A stretch of 63,192 nt of DNA, the filler included. It is 11 parts of 11 records of this genome, joined end to end, with 100 filler letters (N's around TTAATTAATTAA, not from the genome) between each part and the next. Parts side by side here need not be neighbours in the genome. Positions count along the whole stretch, not along the records: positions 33,905 to 41,085 come from SRR7504441_6932; positions 41,186 to 48,367 come from SRR7504441_6940; 9 more parts are not named here. The stretch is one strand, 5' to 3'. The notes beneath the pieces are model-generated. The model was given only the letters and a program-made list of their open reading frames with translations. It did no database searches and was not told where the DNA came from. This document shows positions 34,512 to 44,011 of this stretch, piece by piece (the first letter of the stretch is position 1; each line of letters begins with the position of its first letter). A program made the position numbers and the translations under genes.

Positions 34512-35639
34512 ATGAACGCTGCGGCTGCAGATTGGCGCTCCGAGTTGCACGGCATAGTCGACTGGTACAACACGCACGGGATCCACAAGTTCTGCGTCGA
34601 GGACCGCGGGACCAGCGTGGTGCTCATCTTCCGCTGCCCGTGCTCCAACAACTGCCCGCCCCGAGCTTTCCAAGTCGGATGCACGGTCGCGCAGCTCGAG
34701 AGCGAGGTACCCCCGGAGGCCATCTGCTGCACCCGGACGTGCCAGTGCCTGACCCGCCAAATGGCCATGAACAGGCCGCCGCCCCCGCCGCCCGACGAGT
34801 TCCGACCGTCCCCGACCCCGGCGCAAGTGCTCGCGGCGCTGCCCCGCGGCCGGGCTGGCCCCGATGAGAAGGGCGAGTGCTCGATCTCGTTCAGCGGGTT
34901 CGAGGAGGGGGACGAGATTGTCACCCTGCCGTGCGGCCACGAGTACCACGCCGAGAGCATCGAGCCCTGGCTCAAGCTCAAGAGCACCTGCCCCAAGTGT
35001 CGCGCCTCGGTCCTCCCGTCGGCTAATAGCACACTGCCCCAGCCGGAGGCCGAGAGCGCCGCGGAGCAAGTCGACGCCCAGCCGGCGCCCCCGCCTGGAC
35101 CGTCATCGCCTGAGCAGGGTGCCTGCCCCTGAAAGGTGGCCGGCTGAGTCGGGCTGCAGGCCAAGCTGCTCTGGGCATGCGGAACGCAATCGTCAGGAAC
35201 CTGCAAGAGCGCGTGGACAGCCGGACTGCCTCAAGGCCCCAGACGCTGTCGGCCAGCTTGGCGAGCGACGTCGATCGCGTGGCTCAGCACCCTATCAATC
35301 CAGTCCGGAGAATCTCAAGCCGCACGTCGACTCGTAGAGTGCCGGTCGAAGCGGTCGCGCCAACTGTGTCGGTGAACTTCGACCGGGTGCCGGCTCTGAC
35401 GGTGAACTTCGGCTCGGAGGACGCCCGGTCCAAGTGTTCCGATTGCACCGGCTGCCAGGACTGTGAGAGCTGCAAGCAATGTGCCGACTGCGTGGGCTGC
35501 ACCAACTGTGTCGGTGCGTGTGTCGGAAGCACGGTGGTTGACTAACCTGGCGGCCGCAGGCTGTAAGGGATGTGTCAACTGTCATGGACTCACGAACGCG
35601 ATCAACCAAGTCAATCAGGGAGTTCGTGTTGTTAACTAA
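34512..35639 (+). CDS. Degenerate RING-H2 (RING-S/T) protein with a C-terminal CxxC-repeat tail
   Basis: CSIS...LPCGHEYHAESIEPWL....CPKCR. Introns 35119-35159 and 35514-35559 join it in frame to CSDCTGCQDCESCKQCADCVGCTNCVGCKGCVNCHG. Confidence 0.7.
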
Positions 35640-35905
35640 GCCGAGTCTTGTTGCAACTCGGGGTCAAGCGCACTCTCCAGGCAACATTATAATTTGGTAG
35701 AGTTTTATAGGTAGAAAAGCTTTTAAAGGTAGTTTAGTACGCAGTGCATTTGGTAGTCAAGGGCTCATGTGTTGAGCATTATGGTATTACGATTCGAAAT
35801 TTTAGTTTCTATGTTTTAATAAATGGATGTCATTATCTCAAGTTTGAACTAAGTACTATAGTTGTTGCACGTTCTCTAATCCCGCAGCGCCATGAATCGC
35901 TATGG

Positions 35906-36585
35906 CTAATCTTTCAGCCCAGCCACCCCAACGTATGGCAGCTCCCCATCCGGCTGAGCGTCGGTCCCCGGGAATGCCGCCCACTCCGCCTCGGGCACCA
36001 GCCCGTACTTGACCCGATCCTGGTCCGCCTGGCGCTTCAGCTTGCGGTAGGTCTTCTCCAGCGAGGTGGGCAGCTCTAGCGGTTTGTTGAACCAGAATTC
36101 GCTGTCGTCGCTGCTCGGCAAGTAGCTGGCTCCGAACCACCGGTGCTGCTTGCCCTCCCGGATCCGCGCCGCCTCTTGCCACACCCTGTTGGCCTGCAGC
36201 CCCGTCAGCATTGGCCAGACAGGCGGCAGCACCTTGTCGAAGTAGGCATAATCGACCTGGTAGAGGAACATCCACGGCGGTATGCAGATCAGCGTCTGGT
36301 TGACTGGCAGGAACCTCGCGTCCCAGCTGAATTTGACCCCGCGCATTGCCACGTGCCGGGTGAGCATCAGCGCACCGAGAGTGCTATAATAGCTGCCCCA
36401 CCGGCGTGGGCGGCACCCGGCAGGCGCAGGCACCCGGCCACCCACAGCAGCCGGTCCCTCGTGGCGGCCACCTGAACGCTGGCGGTGATGTCCCGCTCGC
36501 GCTTCTTCTGCTTCAGCGTGGCCAGCTGCTGCAGCTTCAGCACCTCTGCCGACTTCTCCTCCAACCTGGACCAGAGCCCACCCAT
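35906..36585 (-). CDS. PLGRKT: Plasminogen receptor (KT)-family membrane protein
   Basis: MG start; VQVAATRDRLLW; P.MFLYQVDYAY..K|ANRV..EA.RI. Two short introns. Confidence 0.68.
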
Positions 36586-36649
36586 CTGGCCGGTCTGCGC
36601 GCCTCGAGAGCGGTGCCGTCAGGATGAGGTGCAGCCCCACAAGCCCGAG

Positions 36650-39600
36650 ATGAACGGCGCGGCAGAGCTGGCCCGGGCCCAGTCGGTCCGGGCGGCGGCG
36701 TACGCCGAGCTGCTGCGCGGGGGCGGGGCGGTGGGCACGTGGGAGCTGGTTGTGCTGCTGGTTCGCGACCGCGACCAGCAGGCTCACCTGACCGCCGAGC
36801 TGGCCCGGCGGCGGCGGCTCGGGCTGATCCCGGGACAGTCCGAGTACCTGGTGCTCGAGGACTCGCCTCCGGGCTGCGGCAGCGGCGGGGCGGTCCTCTC
36901 CTGCCTGGCCCGGCTCGCCGAGCTGTACCCGGCCGACCAGCGGCGGCGGTGGCGGGTGCTGGTGCTGCCGTGCGGCGGGGCGGCCAGCTCCAGGATCGGG
37001 AGCTACGCCCAGCAGGTGCCCCAGTGGGAGCGCGGTAGATTGTTCTCCCCGGCGCCGGCCGAGGTGGATTCGGAGAGTCGGCCGGAGCCGTGCTCGATGC
37101 TCGACCTGAAGCTGATGAGCTACCTGCCACAGGTCGGCGATCTGCCGCCGGGGACGGTGGTGGTTGGATGGCCGGACATGATCACGTTCATGGACTCGGC
37201 CGACTCTTTCGAGCCGCAGCCCGGGATCACCGTGCTGGCCTACCAGGGTTCGCTCGAGCATGGGACCGGCCACGCTGTACTGCTGCTGGGCGAGCACGAT
37301 AAGAAAGCGGCCCGCTCGGCGCTCGAGACCGGTGCCAACAGGCTGTTCGAGTGCCAGGGCTTCCTGGACAAGGCGCCGCTGGCCGATTTGCTCCACTTTG
37401 GGGCCGCGATTGACACGTTTTGTGAGGCGGAGCCGCTGGTGCTAGTAGACGGTGATTTGATGATCAGCTGGCCAACTGTGGAGGCGCTCACTGAGCTCGC
37501 GGGCCGACTGCCTCTCGAGAAGATCCCCTGGGGGGCTGTGGTGGAGGCCTGCGGCCAGTTGGCTGAGGAGCTCGCAGAGTTCAGGTCCAAGCAGCCAAAG
37601 CGCGACGCGATGGTGGCCGTTCAGAAGGCAGTGCGTGCACTTCAAATTCCGCTGAGCTGCGTCTTCCTGCCACAGAGCAGCTTCTATCACGTGGACTCGC
37701 TCACCGAGTATCAGCGGTTCTCCCTCGGAACGCCAGAGCTAGGACCGCATTCGCTCGTGTTTAATGCAGGACTCGACTCAATCTGGCAGCCGAGGACAGC
37801 CCCAAGCATGTTGCCTCATCGGCAATTCTGGGGTGACGACTCCGAGTCGTGTTCACCTGTTTCCCCGTTGTGGGAGCAGGCAATGCACAGGCTGCCCGCC
37901 GCAAAGGCGGGTAGGTACTGCCTGATGCACTGCCTGCTCCCAGAAGACAGGGAGGCCAAGGTGCAAATCCACCGGGGCTGTGTGGTCGAATGCTGCCAGG
38001 TCGGGGCAGGGGTTGTCATGGGCACCGACTGCATCGTGTCTAATGCTTCGATTCCGGCAGGGCTTCAGCTGCCGCCTGGAACGTTCGCACACTCACTACC
38101 AGTCCGAGCAAACGGGGAGATCGCGTACGTGTCTCTCATTTTCAACATCTATAAGGATGTACTTAAGTCCAGCAACGTCGATCTGCTCACATTTGGAGGT
38201 GTCCCGCTTTCGGTGGCTCGCAGGCGGCTGGGGCTCTCCACTCAGCGGCTATGGCCCGACGCTGTCAAGAGTCATCACCAGACGCTCTGGACTGCCCGGC
38301 TGTTTCCTCTGGCTCCCACAAAAGAGAGCAGCCTGGCGGCGTCACTCGAGATCTTCATGGCAGTAGTCAACGGCGAGGGTCTGGACAGCGCCTCCTCTGT
38401 CAACTTGCAAGACACAGAGCGCTTATCCTTTGCGCAAGCTTTCTCACTGTACGATCCAAATACGGACTATGCAGACCTAGAAGAACTTCGCCTAGACATC
38501 CGGGCCAGACTGCTCTGTGAGAAGGCCTCGCGCGTGCTGGAACACGTGCAGGACATCTGTCTGCACGACGCATTCGACCAGTGTACCAAGCTCGGTCGGC
38601 TGCACATGATGCTGTGTACGTTGGATAAAGTTGCCAGCCGAGCGACGCAAGACGTCTCTGCACGGGCGCTAGCTCAAATAGCACACATTCTAAGCCCAAC
38701 GCTAACCGATGGACGAAGAAGAACCTCGCGGCAAGGGTCCCTGGCTCGTGACTTGAGCTGGTCGAGTGCACTGCGGACTCTTCGACGCGGGGCAGCTTTG
38801 CACAGCCTGCGCGGAGGTGCCATTCGGCAGCTTGCAGCCCTTCGAGACCCAGTCCTGGCGGCCGATGTGAACACGGATCCAAGTCAGCCCTCGCAACAGC
38901 GGCGCGAGATGTCAGCATACTATGAGCATGCTGCCAGCGTGCTCATGCAAAGTTCGATAGCCACTGCTTTCCCACGTGGACAGCATATGCGAAGTTGCGC
39001 TGCGCCCAAGTGTGGCGAATGGACCACGACCACTGTGCCTGCCCGAGTGGACCTAGCAGGCGGGTGGACCGATTCGCCTCCTATTCCGTAAGCCGCCCCC
39101 ATTGGAGTCCCTGCTTGACTGGTCACAGGTACGAGTTCGGAGGGGCTGTGCTAAACTGTGCTGTGAGGGTGGACGGCCGCCAACCACTGGGGTGCCGGGT
39201 CCGGCGGATCAAAGAGCAAAGGCTTGTGTTCAGCTATGCTGAGCACCCGAAGCTGTCTGGTGGGGAGCCCGCAGTGACCAAGACTCTGGTGTGCAGCAAG
39301 CTGGATGAGCTGGCCGACCATGGCGACCCAGAGTCGGAGATGGCGTTACTCAAGTCGGCAGTGGTGGCAGCTGGGCTGGTGCAGGTGCAGTTTGCAATGG
39401 GCGAAGAAACACTCACGCTTGAGCAGCAGCTTGTCCGCACCAATTCGGGCTATGGGCTCGAGATACAGTCCTGGTCGTGCTTACCACCGGGGTCTGGGCT
39501 GGGAGGGAGCAGCATTCTTGGCAGTGCGCTGCTGCTCGCAATCTCGCGGTCATCCGGCCGTGGCACGCACGCGAGTGCTGAAGTGCTTGTGCACGACACA

Positions 39601-40236
39601 ATCCACCTCGAGGCTGTGGCCTGTGACGACTGCGGCTGGCAAGACCAAGCTGGAGGGATTGGTGGAGGCGTATCCTTCATCTCAAGTCCACCGACTTTGC
39701 CTTATCAAGCGTCTTGCCGAAAGATCCCGATCAGCAACGAAGTGCTCGAGCAGCTGGCGGCGCGACTGCTGCTTGTATACACCGGTGAGGCGCATCTGAT
39801 GGCCGATATAAGCGAAGTGGTCGTGCGTCGATGGCACACACGCCTGCCTGAGGTGGTGTCGGCTGTGCAAGGGCTCATTATGAATGCAGAGGAGGCGCTC
39901 GGCGCTATCCAGAATAGCGACTTCGACCAGCTCGGCGCCTGCCTCTCGACTTACTGGGAGCAGAAGAAGGTGATGGCCGCTGGAGGAGAACCGGCCATCG
40001 TGACTGCAATGATGGCGGCACTGCGAGCAGAGGATCTAGTGTTTGGCATGTCGCTAGGTGGTGGTGGAGGGGGGGGCTTCATGATTGTCTTTACCAAGGC
40101 TCCGGATGCTCTTCCAGCTTGCAAGCGCGTCATTGACGAGGCCGTGTCTAGCCCTGACGCACTGGCCAAGATAACTTACCACACTATTGAGATTGACACC
40201 TTAGGCATCTGTATTGATGGAGCTCCGGCGTTTTGA
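36650..40236 (+). CDS. FKGP: Bifunctional fucokinase / GDP-fucose pyrophosphorylase-like protein
   Basis: D.P.GCGSGGA, FLDKAP, TLWTARLFP, PARVDLAGGWTDSPP, LPPGSGLGGSS, GWQDQ, LVYTG, YWEQKK.MA.G.EP, GGGGGF. Intron ~39088-39128. Confidence 0.88.
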
Positions 40237-40367
40237 GAATCAATATAAATGCATATGTCAAAAATATCGACTGATCAATTACTTGCACATTAACAAACTA
40301 ACGGGCTACGGTGGAACTGCCGCATATGCCTGAACTTGCTCCCTTCTAGGCGCCGCCTTAGCGCCGC

Positions 40368-40852
40368 CTAATTCGGCCGGTTGTTCCAAGCATCCAACAG
40401 CTCGGCGGTGCCTGTAGGTCAATTCAGCCCACCAATGAGCCGGGCACGGATTACTCATATTGTTGCAGTGATCCTCCACGTCTTCGATGATGTCGGGCGC
40501 GGGCATTCCGCCCACGTCCATCACCTTGTGCTTGCCGTCGGCTGCAGTCCGGCTCAGCCGCTGAGGACGGCGCGGGCTTACTGTACTGCACAGATACGGT
40601 GGGAGGGCCACCATCAGTTCGGACCTCGTGGGTCACCTACGGCTGCCCAGTCAGCATAGCCCGGTCCAGCAGCTGCCTGCATCTCCGGGTTCTGGGCCAG
40701 CGCCTTCTTGGCCGTCCACTGGCGCAGGAACTCCCTGCAGCCTGCTTGGTCCACGCTCGGCCCGGCCGGCACCGTGAGCCGCGAGCCGCCTCGTCAAACG
40801 CACCGAAGCGCACCTCCACCTTGCTGATGAACCGGCGCAGCGACTGGGACAT
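40368..40852 (-). CDS. Mitochondrial ribosomal protein mL53-like (5 exons)
   Basis: Spliced product MSQSLRRFISKVEVRFGAFD...REFLRQWTAKKALAQNPEMQVTHEVRTDGGPPTVSVQYTDGK, similar to plant-type mL53. One intron (40637-40676) is GC-AG. Confidence 0.72.
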
Positions 40853-41185
40853 GGCCCGCGAGCTCGGCCCTGGACCACGCGTGTGGCGTGCCGGTCGCTT
40901 GTGGTCGCAGCAACAAACACAATTGCAACGAAAAACAAGCGAAACAAGTGCTCAAAAATGGGGCTGAACAATCAAACGTCGGGGCGCTGACACAATCAAA
41001 GCTCGACATTCCATCGGCTTTACCAGTAACTAGGCGACAATCATCTACTGAAGAGAGAATAAAACCATCTTATTAAAGTATAGCANNNNNNNNNNNNNNN
41101 NNNNNNNNNNNNNNNNNNNNNNNNNNNNNTTAATTAATTAANNNNNNNNNNNNNNNNNNNNNNNNNNNNNNNNNNNNNNNNNNNN

Positions 41186-41211
41186 CCCCCCCCCCCCCCC
41201 CCCCCCCCCCC
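41186..41211. repeat. Poly-C tract at a contig start
   Basis: Homopolymer run; probable cause of the assembly break. Confidence 0.9.
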
Positions 41212-41324
41212 GCGACCGTTCGGCGAGCAGACCGGAGCAACAGAGGCTCGCGTAGGATTGGGGGTCCTAAATTGAGAGCGCGGGGGTCGGCAAGCGGAAG
41301 GGCCGGGCGGGATACCGCGGGTGT

Positions 41325-41486
41325 TTAGAAGAGCCCAGACTTCTCCTTCTTGGCGGCCTTCTTGGCCTGCTGCTCGGCCTTCTTGGCGGTCTTGGACTTG
41401 CCGGCGTTCTCCTGCTGCTTGGTGAGCTTGACCTTGCCGGCCGCCTCCGCCGCCTTCTTCTTATCGTTGTTCGACTTCTTGGGCAT
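41325..41486 (-). CDS. Small Lys/Ala-rich protein (53 aa)
   Basis: MPKKSNNDKKK...KKEKSGLF with strong AAG/GCC codon bias. Confidence 0.6.
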   Translation of the reverse strand: MPKKSNNDKKKAAEAAGKVKLTKQQENAGKSKTAKKAEQQAKKAAKKEKSGLF

Positions 41487-41733
41487 GGTGATCTGAGGCG
41501 TGTGTGCTGGCGATTGGAGGCTGCACCGACGAAGAGGCAATCTCACCGTTGCATAACGGACTTTTGATCAGAGCCACCGGGATGGGCTTGCATGACATAC
41601 TGGCAGCAGCAGCGACGTCAGTCGCCGACTCCATCCGTGCGGCCAACAGCCTCCTTCCCGCGCGTGCCCGTGTTCCTGTGTGGATGGCGCTGATCGGCGG
41701 AAGCATCGGCTACATCGCCGTGAACCGAAAGTA

Positions 41734-43875
41734 ATGCCTTGCCGGGCGGCGGGGGTTGGTGCGGCACACACGCCGCACCGTTGTCACACTCGCCCAGTGC
41801 CCGAGTCAGTCGCCCTGCTGCAGGCGCACCGGGCGGGCCCCGAGCATGGGCTCGAGGCTCTCCTGTGCGAGGCGCTTCTGGTCCACCGCCAATCGGCCCA
41901 CCAGCGCTCCGGGCACTCGTTCTGGCTCCGGCCGACCGACGGGCCGCCGAGCACGCTGATCGAGCAGTTCGTGCACAGCGTGTTCCGGACGCACGCGGAC
42001 GGCGCCCCTGAGCGGGCTGGGGCCGAGTGGTGGGTTCAGCACCGTTGGGTCAACCTGGACGACAATGAGCTCGAAAACGAGTCGCTGCGCTGGCACTGGG
42101 ATCGGGACGAGGCCCTGGCCAGCAACGGGCCTGTGGTGCACCCCAACCTGTCCACAGTCACCTACCTCACCAGCGCTGGCGGTCCGCTCGGCGTGTTTGA
42201 GCAGCAATGCACCGGCCAGGGCGAGGCGCTCCCGCCGGCGGGGCTGTCTGGGACCGGCGGACCGCGGTTCTGGTTGGTGCAGCCGGAGAGTGGCAGGCAC
42301 GTGTCCTTCGATGGCAGCTTGCTGCACTGTGTGGCGGCGCACCTGACTAGACCAGAGCACCGTCAGGCCTGTGCCGACGGCCAGCGGCAGCAGCGGGTGT
42401 CCCTGCTGGTGAACATTTGGTTTGACCATCAGCCGCAAGGCGCTGCATCCTTGAGCACAATGCCTTGGTTCAGTCAGCTAAGCCCTGCTGTCGCCAGCTC
42501 GACTGTAGAACTGTTCGATCATGGCATCGAGCAGATTGTTGAGTGCGACGAGCAATGCGATGAGCAGCAATTGTGCTTCAGCTCCGGAGATCTTGTGTCC
42601 TTTTGTAATGTTCCTGTGAGTGACGCCCACGCTATCGTTACTGGCCCGTTGCTCCAGCAGCCACTGCTGCAGTATCTTCCGGCGATGGAGGACGAGAATG
42701 ACGCCGACTGCTGGATCTCGCGTGGGGACGTGCTTTGCGACCTGCACCAGCTGGAGTTAGCAAAGGAGAGCTATGTGCACGCCACGCAGCTGGCGGATGA
42801 CGATGTCGAGGCTTGGACAAGCTTAGGCAATGTGTGTGTGCAGCTGGGCGAGCTGGAGAGCGCGACCGAGAGTTACGGCCAGGCGACCACGCTTGAGCCG
42901 GACGATGCGGACCTCTGGAGCTATCTGGGCACAGTGTTCTCGAAACGAGGAATGCACCAGCGAGCTGTTGAGGCCTTCAGCAATGCAGTGCTGCTCGAGC
43001 CTACTCCAAGTGCGCACAGCAGACTCATGCGAGGGAATGCGCTGTATGCTACAGGCGCAACTGATCGGGCGATGCAGGACTATGAGGCGGTGCTGGCATT
43101 GCAGCCAGACAACACGCAAGCCCACACGAATCGGTCCAACGCAATAGTCCGGCTGCACTGGCAGGCAGCTTCGAGTCTGCTGCCCGTCGAAGCGAAGATT
43201 CTGGATCCATACTGCTCCCGCACACTGGGGTGCCAAGGCGCGCATAAGGAGACCCCTCTGCATTCGGTTTACTGTGCCCACTGGCTGGAGCCACGGGTCT
43301 GCAACTGGCTGCGACAGGCCATAGAGCGCTTTGGCGCCCAACCTGCTGGTGGCGGCTGGGAGACGCACCGGCATGCGGACAGGGCGACCACCGATATCGA
43401 GCTGAGCTGCGTGCCTGAGATCAAAGAGTGGATGGCAGGAGAGATACGGAGCACGCTGCTCCCGACGCTGGGTGCGCTGTTTGCCATAAGTACAGAGCGG
43501 TTGAGGGTGCGAGAGGTGTTTTGTGTCAAATATGCAGCGAGCGGGCAAGCAGAGCTGGGTTTGCACCGGGATGGGCACTTGCTATCTTTCAACATCCTCA
43601 TTAGCGAGCCTAGCGAATACCAAGGGGGTGGCACCGTGTTCCAAGGTTTGAACGAGACTATCCATCTCGAGCAGCAGGGTAATGTTTTGCTACATTGTGG
43701 CAAGCAGTTGCATGGTGGGAATCGCGTTAGTCAAGGGATTCGCATGATCATTGTCGGGTTTGTCGAAGCCTTGCAAGAAGATTCTAGGCCCTTTGTCGAC
43801 CTAGGCCAAGAATTTGGCGAAAGTGGAGACTCAGATCTCGAATGCCTTCAATGGCACTGGGAGAGGTTACACTAG
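41734..43875 (+). CDS. Two 2OG-Fe(II) oxygenase domains flanking TPR repeats
   Basis: N-domain WHWDRDE..STVTYL..FDGSLLHCV..RVSLLVNIW; about 4 TPRs; PLOD/P4H-like C-domain LHRDG..SFNI..YQGGGT.F..LHGG..V..G.R.IIVGF. Start uncertain. Confidence 0.85.
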   Translation: MPCRAAGVGAAHTPHRCHTRPVPESVALLQAHRAGPEHGLEALLCEALLVHRQSAHQRSGHSFWLRPTDGPPSTLIEQFVHSVFRTHADGAPERAGAEWWVQHRWVNLDDNELENESLRWHWDRDEALASNGPVVHPNLSTVTYLTSAGGPLGVFEQQCTGQGEALPPAGLSGTGGPRFWLVQPESGRHVSFDGSLLHCVAAHLTRPEHRQACADGQRQQRVSLLVNIWFDHQPQGAASLSTMPWFSQLSPAVASSTVELFDHGIEQIVECDEQCDEQQLCFSSGDLVSFCNVPVSDAHAIVTGPLLQQPLLQYLPAMEDENDADCWISRGDVLCDLHQLELAKESYVHATQLADDDVEAWTSLGNVCVQLGELESATESYGQATTLEPDDADLWSYLGTVFSKRGMHQRAVEAFSNAVLLEPTPSAHSRLMRGNALYATGATDRAMQDYEAVLALQPDNTQAHTNRSNAIVRLHWQAASSLLPVEAKILDPYCSRTLGCQGAHKETPLHSVYCAHWLEPRVCNWLRQAIERFGAQPAGGGWETHRHADRATTDIELSCVPEIKEWMAGEIRSTLLPTLGALFAISTERLRVREVFCVKYAASGQAELGLHRDGHLLSFNILISEPSEYQGGGTVFQGLNETIHLEQQGNVLLHCGKQLHGGNRVSQGIRMIIVGFVEALQEDSRPFVDLGQEFGESGDSDLECLQWHWERLH

Positions 43876-44011
43876 TAATGTTTAGACAAGTAAATATACA
43901 GTAAATGACAGTTCAATGCATGCCACTACGCGCCACGCAGTTATAAATTAGCTATAGATTTCCGTCAATACTCGTAACACAGAATCACAGATTTACAACT
44001 TATTAGCTTCG

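Noticed and set aside
1157..35639. A metal-homeostasis cluster (WD40 fusion, SELENBP1, P1B ATPase, CxxC RING)
   Set aside because: The genes lie on four different contigs, so adjacency is artificial.
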